Below, piece by piece: positions 8,913 to 19,045 of a DNA stretch of 64,000 bases (position 1 is its first letter; each line of letters starts with the position of its first letter). This DNA comes from Thermoplasmata archaeon (lineage in GTDB: Archaea; Thermoplasmatota; Thermoplasmata; Lutacidiplasmatales; UBA184), in contig JASHRJ010000036.1 in assembly GCA_030037395.1 (NCBI GenBank), positions 25,690 to 89,689 of the forward strand, in the 5' to 3' direction. The position numbers and the translations under genes were made by a program. The notes below the pieces were generated by a model that did no database searches, was not told where the DNA came from, and saw only the letters and a list, made by a program, of their open reading frames with translations.

Positions 8913-9785
8913 GTGGGGGGGATCTCCGGCCTCCCGGTGGTGGACCACCACTGCCACCTCGCGCCGTCCGGGGAGGGGGTGGGGGCGGTGCGCCGGTTCC
9001 GCGCCGCGGGCGGTACCCACCTGTTCTTGGCGACCCAGAACTACGAGCCGAGGGTGCCCCTCGACCTGGAGGACTATCGGCGACAGTTCGAGACCACCGA
9101 GCGGCTCGCGCGCGACGTCCGGGAGGACGCCGGCGTCGGGGTCCTGGTGGTCGTGGCGCCGTACCCTGTCGACCTGGTCGGAGCGGCCGCGACGCTGGGC
9201 GTGGACGGTGCGCTCGAGGTCCATCGTCGGGCGCTCGACCTCGCGGGCCGTTGGGTCCGGGAGCGCCGGGCGGTCGCCCTCGGGGAGGTGGGATGGCCGC
9301 ACTTCGAGGTGGCCCCGGACCTTGCGGCCGCGAGCCGGCAGGCGTTTCGCCATGCGCTGCAGGTGGCCCGCGACGCGGACTGCCCGGCGGTCGTGCATTC
9401 GCCGGACCTGGATGCGGCGGGATGGAGCGAACTGGAGGCCGAGGCGCAGCGGGCCGGGCTTGCGCCCCGGCGCCTCGTGAAGCACTACGCCCGGGCCCGA
9501 CGGGCCCCCGAGCCCGGCGCCGGGGTCGTGCCCTCCTACCTCGCCCGGAAGGAGCTGTTCGAGCAGGTTCTCCCGGACCCGGGACCCTGGTTCTTGGAAA
9601 CGGACTTCCTCGACGACCCGCGGAGGCCCGGGGCGGTCCTGGACCTGGCGACCGTGCCCCGTCGCGCCGCGGCCGCCGTGCGCCGATCGCCGAGTGCCGT
9701 CGAGCTCCTCGCCGGTCCGTTTCTCCGCTCCGTCGAAGAGGTGTATCGTCTCCGGCTCGATCCCGAGGGAGGCGTGCGGGCATGA
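8913..9785 (+). CDS. TatD-family metal-dependent hydrolase
   Basis: DHHCHL, ALGEVGWPHF, VVHS, KHY, LETDFLDDPRRPGAVL. Confidence 0.9.
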   Translation: MGGISGLPVVDHHCHLAPSGEGVGAVRRFRAAGGTHLFLATQNYEPRVPLDLEDYRRQFETTERLARDVREDAGVGVLVVVAPYPVDLVGAAATLGVDGALEVHRRALDLAGRWVRERRAVALGEVGWPHFEVAPDLAAASRQAFRHALQVARDADCPAVVHSPDLDAAGWSELEAEAQRAGLAPRRLVKHYARARRAPEPGAGVVPSYLARKELFEQVLPDPGPWFLETDFLDDPRRPGAVLDLATVPRRAAAAVRRSPSAVELLAGPFLRSVEEVYRLRLDPEGGVRA

Positions 9786-10450
9786 CGAGCCCCCCGCCCC
9801 GCGCGGGGTGGCTGATCGCGATCGAGGGGATCGACGGGGCCGGGAAGTCCACGCTGCAGCGGGCGCTCGCGCGGGGGCTCCGACGGCGGGGGTTTGCGGT
9901 GAGACTACGGCGCGAGCCAACGGACGCGACGCTCGGCCGCCTCGCGCAGCAGGCAGGTGTCGACGACCCGTGGACGGGGGCGGTGTACTTCACGGTGGAC
10001 CGGCACCTGGCCGCCGAACGGTTGCGCCGCGACCTCCGGCGGTACGATGTCGTGCTCACCGACCGTTCGTTCTACTCGACGCTCGCCTACCAGGCAAGTC
10101 GTCTGCCGCGTCGGGAGCGGGTCCGGCTCGAGCAGCTGCAGCGCCAGGCGACCGTAGTCCCCGACCGGGTACTCCTCCTGGACCTCCCCTCGTCCTGGAT
10201 GACCCGTCGCCTAGCCCGCCGGGCGAAGGTCCGGGGTCCGCTCGAGCGGAGCCGTTCGCTGGCGAGCGTGGCCCGCGCCTATCTCGCCCTCGCCCGACGC
10301 CACCGCTGGATCGTCCTAGACGCCCGTCGCCCCCGGCGCGAGCTCGCGGCCGCTGCGGTTCGGGCCCTCGGGCCGCTGCCGGGCCCGCGCCGGCGTCGGC
10401 CCGGAGGGAAGACGCTAAGCGCCCGAGCCGGACCGAGAGGGTCCCGATGA
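9782..10450 (+). CDS. tmk: Thymidylate kinase
   Basis: IEGIDGAGKST P-loop, REPT, DRSFYSTLAYQ; ATG at 9782. Confidence 0.92.
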   Translation: MTSPPPRAGWLIAIEGIDGAGKSTLQRALARGLRRRGFAVRLRREPTDATLGRLAQQAGVDDPWTGAVYFTVDRHLAAERLRRDLRRYDVVLTDRSFYSTLAYQASRLPRRERVRLEQLQRQATVVPDRVLLLDLPSSWMTRRLARRAKVRGPLERSRSLASVARAYLALARRHRWIVLDARRPRRELAAAAVRALGPLPGPRRRRPGGKTLSARAGPRGSR

Positions 10451-11604
10451 GCCCGGCGTCCCGCCTCCTGCTCCGCGAGGAGACCCTCGACCCGTCGTTC
10501 GTCCCGCCGAAGCTCCCGCACCGCGAGACGGAGCTCTCGCTGCTGCTCCGACGGTACCGGGAGGCGCTGGGCAAGGGGCTGCCGTACCACCTTCTCCTCA
10601 CCGGCGGGGTGGGGAGCGGCAAGACGGTCCTCGCGCGCCGGCTCGCCGCAGACCTCGACCGGGCGGGCCGCCTGGGCGAGTACCCGACCCACGCGACCTA
10701 CGTCAACTGCTGGCGCCGGGCGAGCGACCGTACGGTGATGCTCGACCTGCTCCGGGGGGTGGGCGTGTCGCTGCCGGACCGCGGCTACAGCCTCTCGGAG
10801 ATGCTCGACGTCTTCGAGCAGGGCCTTCGGCGGTCGCCCGCGCACCACCTGATCTTGCTGGACGAGGCGTCGGCGCTCGTGCGGCAGGGCACGAAGCTCG
10901 TCTACCTGCTCTCCCGAGGCCGGGAGGTAGGGCTCGGCTCGATCTCGCTGGTCCTCATCGCCGCCGAGGACCTCCTGCCGCACCTGGACGCGGCGAGCCG
11001 CTCCAGCTTCGGGGTGACCCACCGGATCGCGCTCGCGCCGTACGACCGCGAGGCGCTGGTCGACATCCTCGAGGCCCGGGCCGCCCTCGCGCTCCGGGCC
11101 GGGAGCTTCGAGCGCGAGGTCCTCGACCAGATCGCGCGGATCGCCTCCTCCAACGGGGACGCGCGGTTCGCGCTCGAGGTGCTGGCGAACGCGGCGCGGG
11201 CCGCCGAGGACGAAGGGGCGGGCCAGCTTACCGCCGAGCACGTTCGGCGCGCGAAGGGATCGATCCTGCCGACGATGACCGAAAGCCACCTCGAGGAGCT
11301 GTCCACCCCCGAGCTGGGGGTCCTGCTCGCGCTCTCTCGCTCGCTGAAAGGCAAGGGTGCGAGCGCCCCGAGCCAGAAGGTGCGGCGGGCGCACGCCGCC
11401 TTGCTGGAGGAGCTCGGGGGGGCCCCGATGAGCCGGACGACGTTCTGGCGGACGCTCAAGGAGCTCGAGCGGGACGGGCTGGTCACGCTGGACGTCGGCG
11501 CCTCCGGCGAGTCGAGCCAGCTCGCGATGGACGAGCTCCCGGCCAGCCTGCTCGCCACGCTCCTCGAGGAGCGGCTGGCGAGGCCGCGCGGCCGGAAAGC
11601 CTAA
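10447..11604 (+). CDS. cdc6: Orc1/Cdc6-family replication initiator AAA+ protein
   Basis: FVPPKLPHRETE, GGVGSGKT, YVNC, ILLDEA, GDARFAL, C-terminal winged helix; ATG at 10447. Confidence 0.88.
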   Translation: MSPASRLLLREETLDPSFVPPKLPHRETELSLLLRRYREALGKGLPYHLLLTGGVGSGKTVLARRLAADLDRAGRLGEYPTHATYVNCWRRASDRTVMLDLLRGVGVSLPDRGYSLSEMLDVFEQGLRRSPAHHLILLDEASALVRQGTKLVYLLSRGREVGLGSISLVLIAAEDLLPHLDAASRSSFGVTHRIALAPYDREALVDILEARAALALRAGSFEREVLDQIARIASSNGDARFALEVLANAARAAEDEGAGQLTAEHVRRAKGSILPTMTESHLEELSTPELGVLLALSRSLKGKGASAPSQKVRRAHAALLEELGGAPMSRTTFWRTLKELERDGLVTLDVGASGESSQLAMDELPASLLATLLEERLARPRGRKA

Positions 11605-11630
11605 AACGCGCGGGTCGGTCGGAAGCGCCG

Positions 11631-12548
11631 ATGCTCACCGCCGAGGCCAGCCCGGGTCCTCCGGAGGCAGGGCCGCGGCTCCCGCCATGGATCCGGGTCC
11701 GTCCGCCGCACGGCTCGGCGTACCCCCAGGTGCGGCAGATCCTCGAGGGTCTCCGCCTCGGGACCGTCTGCCGCGAAGCCCGGTGCCCGAACCTCCCGGA
11801 GTGCTGGTCGGCCGGCGCGGCCACCCTCATGCTCCTCGGCACCGAGTGCAGCCGGCGCTGCGGGTTCTGCGCCGTCACCACCCGCTGGTCCCGGGGGGCG
11901 ATCGACCGCACCGAGCCGGCCCGCGTCGGCGAGGCGGTGCGACGGTGGGGCCTCCGGTACGTCGTGCTCACCCAGGTCTGCCGCGACGACCTCGCGGACG
12001 GAGGCGCCTCGGTGCTCGCCGAGACCGTGCGGGAGATCCGACGGCAGAGCCCCGGCACGCGCGTAGAGCTGCTCATCGGCGACCTGGGCGGGGACGCGAC
12101 CGCGCTCGCCACGGTGCTCGAGGCCGAGCCCGACGTGCTGGCGCACAACCTGGAGACGACCCGCGAGCTCTCGCGGGCGGTCCGCGACCGCCGCGCGGGC
12201 TACGACCGGTCGCTCGGGGTGCTCCGGGCGGCGCGCGCGCGCGGGGGCCCGGGGCAGGTCACCAAGAGCTCGATCATGCTCGGGCTGGGGGAGACCGAGC
12301 CGGAGCTCGCGCAGGCGTTCGCCGACCTTCGGGACTGCGGGGTCGACCTCCTGACCCTCGGTCAGTACCTTCGGCCCACCGCCCAGCACGTCCCGGTCGC
12401 GAGGTTCGTCCCTCCCGAGGAGTTCGACCGCCTCCGCGTCCGGGCCGAGCTGGCGGGGTTCGCCGGCGTCGAGGCCGGACCGCTCGTCCGGAGCTCCTAC
12501 CACGCCGAGGAGCTGTACCGTCGGGCGATCGCCGTCCGGAGCCGGTGA
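11631..12548 (+). CDS. lipA: Lipoyl synthase
   Basis: CREARCPNLPEC, CSRRCGFC, HNLET, KSSIMLGLGE, RSSYHA. Confidence 0.96.
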   Translation: MLTAEASPGPPEAGPRLPPWIRVRPPHGSAYPQVRQILEGLRLGTVCREARCPNLPECWSAGAATLMLLGTECSRRCGFCAVTTRWSRGAIDRTEPARVGEAVRRWGLRYVVLTQVCRDDLADGGASVLAETVREIRRQSPGTRVELLIGDLGGDATALATVLEAEPDVLAHNLETTRELSRAVRDRRAGYDRSLGVLRAARARGGPGQVTKSSIMLGLGETEPELAQAFADLRDCGVDLLTLGQYLRPTAQHVPVARFVPPEEFDRLRVRAELAGFAGVEAGPLVRSSYHAEELYRRAIAVRSR

Positions 12549-12551
12549 GCT

Positions 12552-12908
12552 GTGGCGAAGAAGGTCCGTCGCAAGCCGGACGAGGCCGAGGAGGAGGAGG
12601 CGTTCGAGTTCCCGGTGTTCGACGAGGCCGGGTTCGCCGCCAAGGAGTTCGAGCTGACGACCGCGGTGGCGATCGGCGCGGGGATCGCCGTGGTCCTCGG
12701 GGCGCTCGCCTGGCTCGCCACCGCCGCCGGCCTCCCGTGGTACCTTCCGTTCGGACTCGGGTTCCTCGTCGTGATCTTCAGCCCGTACCTTCTCGGCCGG
12801 CTCCGCCGCGGCTCGTCGGCCTATACGAAGGGGGACTGGGCCGGGGTCCTCGCCCTCGAGTTCTTCGGGTTCCTCGCGCTGTGGTTCCTGCTGGTCAACC
12901 TCACGTAG
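12552..12908 (+). CDS. Small membrane hypothetical protein
   Basis: Acidic N-terminus FEFPVFDEAGF followed by 3 TM helices; adjacent to lipA on the same strand. Confidence 0.7.
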   Translation: MAKKVRRKPDEAEEEEAFEFPVFDEAGFAAKEFELTTAVAIGAGIAVVLGALAWLATAAGLPWYLPFGLGFLVVIFSPYLLGRLRRGSSAYTKGDWAGVLALEFFGFLALWFLLVNLT

Positions 12909-14322
12909 CCCCCCCGTCCGCACGCGCCGGCCAGGGGAGCCGCTTCCGGAACAGCGCGCGGAGCGCTTCGAGAAGCGCCGGCGACTCCGCGGCCTCCTCG
13001 AGCGACTCGACCCGGAACCCGAGCGCACCGGAAAGGTGACGGCCCAGCGCGAGGCGCGGGAGCCGCTCGCGCAGGAACGCCTCGGCGTCCCGGTCCGTCT
13101 CCAGGGTCTCCACGCCCAAGCTCCCGTCGGGGCGGACGTACGGCCCCTGGAGGACCTCGGGCCGCTCCGGCGGCCAGGTCGCGAGGAAGTCGCCGGTGCG
13201 ATCGATGCCGGCCGGGGGTCCGTCACGCCGGCGCACGAGGGGCCGGGTCCGCTCGGCAAGCTCCAGGGCGAGCACCACCCGCTCGGCGTCGGCCGCGCTC
13301 GCGCTGCCGAGCACCCGGAAGCCGGCGCGCCCGAGCTCGTCGGCGATCGCCCGCTCGGCCTTCCGCAGCTGCGGGTAGAGCGTGTCGTCGACCAGCTCGG
13401 GCTTGGGCCGCACGACGACGACCGCGTGCGTCTCCCGACGGCGCACCTCGCGCCGCGCGGCGTCCAGCGGGAACGCGTCCGGGGGCCGCGGCCGGAACCA
13501 GCCGGCCTCCGGCCGCTCGAGGTAGGCGCCGGCCGCGACCACCAGCGTGGCGAGGTTGCGGCGGGAGAGCGCGCTCGCCACGTTCCGGTTCGGGTCGACC
13601 GGATCGGCCAGCACGAGGGCCACCTCCGACGGCAACCGCGGGGGCTCCCGCTCGGCCGGCGTAAGGCGGACCGGGATGCGCCAGGCGCGGGCGGCCCTCA
13701 GGAGGGCGCGGAACGAGCCGTGCTCGAGGACCAGCAGCTCGAGGAGGTAGCCGGAGAACCCCTCGGTCCGCGCCTCCGAGCCGTAGATGCCGAGCGTCCG
13801 AAGGAACTGCTTGGCCAAACGCACCTCGGCGACGAGCGCGGGGGTCTCGCGCGCGGCGAGGTACGCCTGGTGGAACGGGGTCCGGTCCACCGGCGACCGC
13901 GGGCGGGAGGGATCGTCGACCGCGAACCCCGGGACCGCGTCGACCGCGAACCCCTCGAACGTTCCGCGCAGGTACGGATGGTCGGCGTACTTCACGGTCG
14001 CCTCGGCAAGGACGGCCCGGCCCAGCGCGAGCCCCTCCTCCTTCAGGCGCTCGTCCGGCAGGTCCGGAGGGAAGAGGAGGAACAGGTCGACGTCCAGGCG
14101 GTCGCTGAGGAACGTGCCCCGGGCAGCGCTGCCGGCGACGAGCGCCCGCACGAGCGGGCTGCTCCGCTCCCGCGCCGCGGCCTCGACCTGCGCGACGAGA
14201 CGGCGGCGCGTCGCGGCAAGGCGGTCGAGGAACTCGGCCGACGGCGCCAGCTCGCGGGCGACCTCCGCCTCGACGCGCGACGCGCGGGCGTCGGCCGACT
14301 CGCCGGCAGGAACGACCATCAC
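12901..14322 (-). CDS. cca: Archaeal CCA-adding enzyme (class I)
   Basis: AGSAARGTFLSDRLDVDLF, YADHPY, VDRTPFH, GFSGYLLELL, DPVDPNRNVA. Confidence 0.95.
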   Translation of the reverse strand: MMVVPAGESADARASRVEAEVARELAPSAEFLDRLAATRRRLVAQVEAAARERSSPLVRALVAGSAARGTFLSDRLDVDLFLLFPPDLPDERLKEEGLALGRAVLAEATVKYADHPYLRGTFEGFAVDAVPGFAVDDPSRPRSPVDRTPFHQAYLAARETPALVAEVRLAKQFLRTLGIYGSEARTEGFSGYLLELLVLEHGSFRALLRAARAWRIPVRLTPAEREPPRLPSEVALVLADPVDPNRNVASALSRRNLATLVVAAGAYLERPEAGWFRPRPPDAFPLDAARREVRRRETHAVVVVRPKPELVDDTLYPQLRKAERAIADELGRAGFRVLGSASAADAERVVLALELAERTRPLVRRRDGPPAGIDRTGDFLATWPPERPEVLQGPYVRPDGSLGVETLETDRDAEAFLRERLPRLALGRHLSGALGFRVESLEEAAESPALLEALRALFRKRLPWPARADGGAT

Positions 14323-14420
14323 CGGGGACGGGGGTCCCGCGGAGAGATGAACCTTCGTCTTCGAACGCCGCTCCGGCGAGCCTAAACGGAGGTGGGGGCG
14401 TACCCTGGGGGAGGAGCCGG

Positions 14421-15491
14421 ATGCCGACGGTCGTGGCGCCGGCGCAGGTCGCCACGCTCTACGAGCCCCAGCCGGGCGGCAAGGTCCGTTGCACCGCGTG
14501 CGCGCGGTACTGCACCATGCCGGAAGGCTCGCACGGCTTCTGCTTCGTGCGCAAGAACGTCGGGGGCCGGCTCGTGCTGCTCAGCTACGGGCGGGCCTCC
14601 GCGGTCCAGGTGGACCCGGTCGAGAAGAAGCCGCTGGCGCACTTCCGGCCGGGCTCGCGCGTCTTCTCGATCGGCACCGTCGGCTGCAACTGGCGGTGCC
14701 AGTACTGCCAAAACGCGGAGATCTCCCAGGAGCGCGAGATCGTCGGGCGCCCGCTCTCGCCGGAGGACGCCGTGCGGTCCGCCCAACGGTACGGCTGCGC
14801 CGGGGTCACGTTCACCTACAACGAGCCGACGATCTTCGCGGAGTACGCTCTGGACATCGTCCGGGAGGCCCATCGGGCCGGGCTGTTCGCGAACTTCGTG
14901 ACGAACGGCTATCTTACTCCGGAGGCCACCCAGCTGCTCGGACCTCACCTGGACGCGGTCAGCGTCGACTTCAAGGGGAGCGGCGAACCCGGCTTCATGC
15001 GCCGGTACATCAGCGCGAAGGGCCCCGAGCCGATCTTCGAGACCACGGTCGATCTGGTCCGCCGGGGCGTCCACGTCGAGATCACCGACCTCATCGTCCC
15101 GGAGGTGGGGGAGTCGGTCGACGCCACGCGAACGCTCGCGCGCCATGTTGTCGACCGGCTCGGCCCTTCGACGCCGTTCCACCTGCTGCGGTTCCACCCG
15201 GATTACCACATGATGGATCTGCCCGTGACGCCGGTGCCGACGCTCGAGAAGCTTCACGCCGTGGCGAAGGCGGAGGGTCTCGAGTACGTCTACCTCGGGA
15301 ACGTGTGGGGCCACCCGCTCGAGCACACGTACTGCCCGGGGTGCGGGGCCGTTGCCGTGCGACGCTACGGCTTCACCATCCAGCGGTGGGCCCTGGACGC
15401 GCAGAACCGGTGCGGGCGGTGCGGCCACAGGATCCCGATCGTCGGCCGGCCCCCCGACGACTACCTCCCGACGCTCGCGACGCCGGTCTAG
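14421..15491 (+). CDS. AmmeMemoRadiSam-type radical SAM enzyme
   Basis: CTACARYC..GFCFVR, DPVEKKPLAHF, CNWRCQYCQN, TYNEP, TYCPGCG. Confidence 0.92.
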   Translation: MPTVVAPAQVATLYEPQPGGKVRCTACARYCTMPEGSHGFCFVRKNVGGRLVLLSYGRASAVQVDPVEKKPLAHFRPGSRVFSIGTVGCNWRCQYCQNAEISQEREIVGRPLSPEDAVRSAQRYGCAGVTFTYNEPTIFAEYALDIVREAHRAGLFANFVTNGYLTPEATQLLGPHLDAVSVDFKGSGEPGFMRRYISAKGPEPIFETTVDLVRRGVHVEITDLIVPEVGESVDATRTLARHVVDRLGPSTPFHLLRFHPDYHMMDLPVTPVPTLEKLHAVAKAEGLEYVYLGNVWGHPLEHTYCPGCGAVAVRRYGFTIQRWALDAQNRCGRCGHRIPIVGRPPDDYLPTLATPV

Positions 15492-15558
15492 GGCCCGGGG
15501 GCCGGCCGGGGTCCGGCGCGGCCGCTGAACGGTTAGCTGTATCTGGGGGGACCCCAGA

Positions 15559-16278
15559 GTGCCGGAGCGTCCCGCCGTGACGACCAACCTGCGGATCAGC
15601 CTCGCCATCCTCACGTTGGGGTTCGGCATCGAGGGGATCGGGGAGCTCTACTCGTTCGTCTCGCACGGCGCGTTCCGTCCCGGGGAGAGCCTGTTGTTCG
15701 TCGCCCCGGTCGCCACGACGCTCGCCGGCCTCCTCTTCGTCTGGGTGGGCCAGCACGAGTGGAACGAGCTCCACCGCAGCCGGGTGCGCCAGGCCCACGC
15801 CGTGTTCGCGGCGAGCCTGCTCGGCGCGGTGGTCGCGGGGGCCGTGGTCGGGCTCCTGGTGGCCCGGCCCTCCCTCGGGGTCCCGCCCTGGGCGGAGCTC
15901 CTCTTCGGCGCCGCGGTCGGCTCGCTGGTGCTGGGCACGTTCGTCACGTACGCCCTCCTCGTCTTCCACCTCGTCCCTCGCCCGAGCCAGGCGGCGCTCC
16001 TGGGCGCCATCGGATGGGCCCTGGTGGTCTCCGCCTTGGTCGGGCTCGCGATGGGCACGCACCTGGGGACGCTCCTCGGCCTGGTCTCGAGCCGCAGCCT
16101 CAGCATCCCCGGGTTCGTCGGGCCGATCGAGTCGATCGGCTCGTACCTGTTCGTCTCGTACTTCCTCCTCCTCGCGGCGTACCTGGACGCCCATCGGACG
16201 GTGGCGGCCGGGCTCCCCGCGCGGCGGGCGTCCGCCCCGGGCCCCGGCGGGAAGGGCCCCGCCGGCCCAGCCCCGTAG
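15559..16278 (+). CDS. Membrane hypothetical protein (about 6 TM)
   Basis: Long hydrophobic segments and coherent composition. Confidence 0.7.
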   Translation: MPERPAVTTNLRISLAILTLGFGIEGIGELYSFVSHGAFRPGESLLFVAPVATTLAGLLFVWVGQHEWNELHRSRVRQAHAVFAASLLGAVVAGAVVGLLVARPSLGVPPWAELLFGAAVGSLVLGTFVTYALLVFHLVPRPSQAALLGAIGWALVVSALVGLAMGTHLGTLLGLVSSRSLSIPGFVGPIESIGSYLFVSYFLLLAAYLDAHRTVAAGLPARRASAPGPGGKGPAGPAP

Positions 16279-16304
16279 TCCTGCGCCGACGCGTCGGCGC
16301 CCGC

Positions 16305-16751
16305 TCAGGGAGGCGACGGCGTGCCGGGCCCCTCCGGGCGCCGGCCCTGAGGCGAGCTCGGGTCCGGTGCCCGGCGGTCGAGTTCGCCCCGGATGAACGC
16401 GGTCGGCGCACCGATGAGCCAGAAGATGTTGCCGTCCGGGTCCGCGAACTTCGCGCGAGCTCCCCCCGGTCCGACGCTCATCGGCTCCGCGAAGACGACC
16501 CCGGCCGCCTCCATCCGGCGGACGCGGGGCTCGAGATCGTCGGAGACGAACGCGATGCCGGTGTTGCCGGGTTCCGGCTTCTCGAAGCCCTCGCAAAGGT
16601 GGATCACGAACCGGTCTCCCGGCGGGGCGACGACCACGGCGTGCGGGCCGTTCCCGACCGTATGCACGGCAAATCCCACCTTTTCGGTCCACCAACGGGC
16701 GGAGGCCTTGGCGTCGGTCACGGCGACAGCACAGTCCGCGAGCGCGATCAT
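16305..16751 (-). CDS. VOC/glyoxalase family protein
   Basis: AVTDAKASARWWTEKVGF, IAFVSDDL, FADPDGNIFWL; ATG at 16751. Confidence 0.88.
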   Translation of the reverse strand: MIALADCAVAVTDAKASARWWTEKVGFAVHTVGNGPHAVVVAPPGDRFVIHLCEGFEKPEPGNTGIAFVSDDLEPRVRRMEAAGVVFAEPMSVGPGGARAKFADPDGNIFWLIGAPTAFIRGELDRRAPDPSSPQGRRPEGPGTPSPP

Positions 16752-16925
16752 CGGTCCCTCGCTTCGAGGGACGGCGCGGGCCCTATAGGGGCGCTCCGGA
16801 GGTGGTGAAACGGGGGGCGCCGTCCGGCGCGCGGGTCGCCGGGGGTCCCGGCGCACCCGCCGCGAACGCCGCCCGGGTCCGACCGCCCCCAGGCTTGATA
16901 TCGCCCGAGCCAGCTACCCGGCTCC

Positions 16926-17594
16926 ATGGCCGGCTCTCCGCGGCGTCGCCTGTCGATGGAGGACTTTCGTCCGACCACCCTGGACGAGGTCGTCGGCCAA
17001 CCGGTGGCGGTAGCCCGGCTCCGACGGATCCTCGCCGGCGCCCGGAACGGGACGGTCGTCCCCCCGCACCTCCTGCTGCACGGCCCCCCCGGCACCGGCA
17101 AGACCGCTGCCGCCCGGGCGTTCGGCCGGGAGGCGCTCGGCGAGAACTACGAGGCCAACTTCAGCGAGCTGAAGGCGTTCGACGACCGGGACCACGCGAG
17201 CTTGCAACGGATCGTGGTGGCGTCAAGGTCGCCGCCTCCCGGAGGAGCGCCGTTCCGGATCATCTTCTTCGACGAGCTGGAGGCGCTCTCGCCCGACGCG
17301 CTGAACGACCTGAGGCCCGCGATGGAGGGGGAGGGCGGCTGGTCGGTGTTCGTTCTCGCCTGCAACGAGCTGGGCGGCCTCGCCCGGGCGCTGCAGTCCC
17401 GGTGCACGGTCCTCGAGTTTACGCCGGTCGCCCCGGACGACCTCCGACGCATCGTCACCCTCGCGCTCGCGAGGACGCCGTTCCGCCTCGACGCCGAGAC
17501 GATCGACTCGATCGTCGAGCGCGCGAAGGGGATCCCGCGCGAGGCGATCAAGCTCCTGCTGGAAGAGGGGGGCTCGCGAACCGTCGCCGGGTGA
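16926..17594 (+). CDS. Replication factor C small subunit-like AAA+ ATPase lacking the C-terminal domain
   Basis: EDFRPTTLDEVVGQ, PHLLLHGPPGTGKT, IIFFDE, LQSRC; only 222 aa. Confidence 0.75.
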   Translation: MAGSPRRRLSMEDFRPTTLDEVVGQPVAVARLRRILAGARNGTVVPPHLLLHGPPGTGKTAAARAFGREALGENYEANFSELKAFDDRDHASLQRIVVASRSPPPGGAPFRIIFFDELEALSPDALNDLRPAMEGEGGWSVFVLACNELGGLARALQSRCTVLEFTPVAPDDLRRIVTLALARTPFRLDAETIDSIVERAKGIPREAIKLLLEEGGSRTVAG

Positions 17595-17639
17595 CGGGGT
17601 GGGCTTCGTGCCTCACCCGCTGCTCGCCCCGGCGTCGGC

Positions 17640-18169
17640 GGCAGCTGCGCGTCGCTCTCGAGGAGTTCCCGGGCGTCGCCGGGGGAGGACCCGGGCCCTC
17701 CCGGCGATCGCGGGAGCCTCCGCTCGAGGCGGTCCATCTCCTTCGCGAGCCACTCGAACTCCCGGAAAATCGGCGGGGCCCCGCCCTCCTGCCGCCATCG
17801 TGCCAGGAGGTCCTCCGGCTGCCGTAGCAGCGGGTAGTACGACGTCACCCACGTGCCGAAGGCGTTCCACACCATGCGCGGCTCGAGCGCCTTGCTCCGC
17901 GCCAGGAATCCAATCTGCTCGAAGAGGATCGGGACCTCCCAGGTGTCGGTCTCCTCGCCCCGCGGCGGTCGGAGCAGCCAGGCGCTCGGCTCGCGCCGGG
18001 CCGGACGCATGCGAGGGCTGTAGAACCGCTCCCCGAGCTCCAGGACGGTCGAAGCGGAGGACAGCCGTTGCCTCTGCCGCCGCTTCCGGCAAGCGGACGC
18101 AAGGGTGCCTCCCACCAGGACCCACGTCCCGATCACGGTCGCCCAGATCGCGGTACCGAGCCCGTTCAC
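17640..18169 (-). pseudogene. DUF4760-like membrane-anchored protein, probably degraded (3' boundary approximate)
   Basis: N-terminal TM, FEQIGFL..MVWNAFG..YY..FEWLA pattern; the frame lacks a nearby stop and runs about 450 nt antisense into the RFC-like gene. Confidence 0.45.
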
Positions 18170-18251
18170 GGCGACCGCGGACCGCGACGGCCGGTAGGGG
18201 CCCTACGGAGAGCCTCCGCCCCGGGTCGCTACGAAGGCGGGGCGAGTCCGG

Positions 18252-18704
18252 CTACGGGAACGACCCGGGGCGGCCGAACCCCGAAGGGCCTCCCAAGTAG
18301 GTCCAGAAGTCGTCCCGCCAGAAGTCGACCTCCTCCCGTACGTGCCGCAGCGGGACGAGGCGGAGGCCGTCCTTCTCCGCGGCGGCGAGCCGGCCGCGCA
18401 GTTGGTCCACGGACTCGTTCGAGAGATCCGCGAGGATCGCCTCGAACTCCGCGCGGAAGCCTACATCCAGCAGGCGGTCCGGGTGCCGCAGGACCAGCCG
18501 GTAGTGATGCGACCCTCCGGAGCCCTCCACCCTCAGGACCTGCCACTCGAGCCGCTCCCGACGCCGGGTCGCGAGGCGGAAGGCGGCGAGGTTTCCCAAC
18601 GCCTGCGCCACGAAGTTCTCCTCCGGCAGGCCGGGTCGGAGGTGGATGCCGACCTCGAGCCCGCGGTGCATGGCCTGCCCGCGGCGAGAGCTCCGAGGGC
18701 GCAT
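18252..18704 (-). CDS. Hypothetical protein
   Basis: Protein-like composition (HYRLVLRHPDRLLDVG, VDFWRDDFW); start may be ATG 18671. Confidence 0.65.
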   Translation of the reverse strand: MRPRSSRRGQAMHRGLEVGIHLRPGLPEENFVAQALGNLAAFRLATRRRERLEWQVLRVEGSGGSHHYRLVLRHPDRLLDVGFRAEFEAILADLSNESVDQLRGRLAAAEKDGLRLVPLRHVREEVDFWRDDFWTYLGGPSGFGRPGSFP

Positions 18705-19045
18705 TAGCGGTTCGGGCGCGTCGGTCCGTTCCTCGAGCGGTTGCGTCGAACGCAGACCCGCGCGGAGCCGTTCGGCGCGGGCGCAGAGGCCGCCCCCGGC
18801 GGAGCCTCGGCGCGAGAAGGATTATTTACGTCCGTCCGCTCGGAGGTCCGATGGGCCCGTCGGTCGCCCGCGGTCACGAGACTCGCGGCGGGGCCCGCTC
18901 CGTCGGGGGGCGCCGTCCGCGGGCGCCCCTTCCGCTGTCCGTCCGGGCCCGCCGGGCCACGGCACGGAATAGGATGGCCTAGGGCCCTGCGAGCGGACCA
19001 CGCCCGAGGGCGTGGCCCGACACGGGCCTTCGGCGAGAACGGACC

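Noticed and set aside
10447..11630. Replication origin next to cdc6
   Set aside because: The gene is embedded in an operon-like run with overlapping or very short spacers; no AT-rich unwinding element or ORB repeats are visible.
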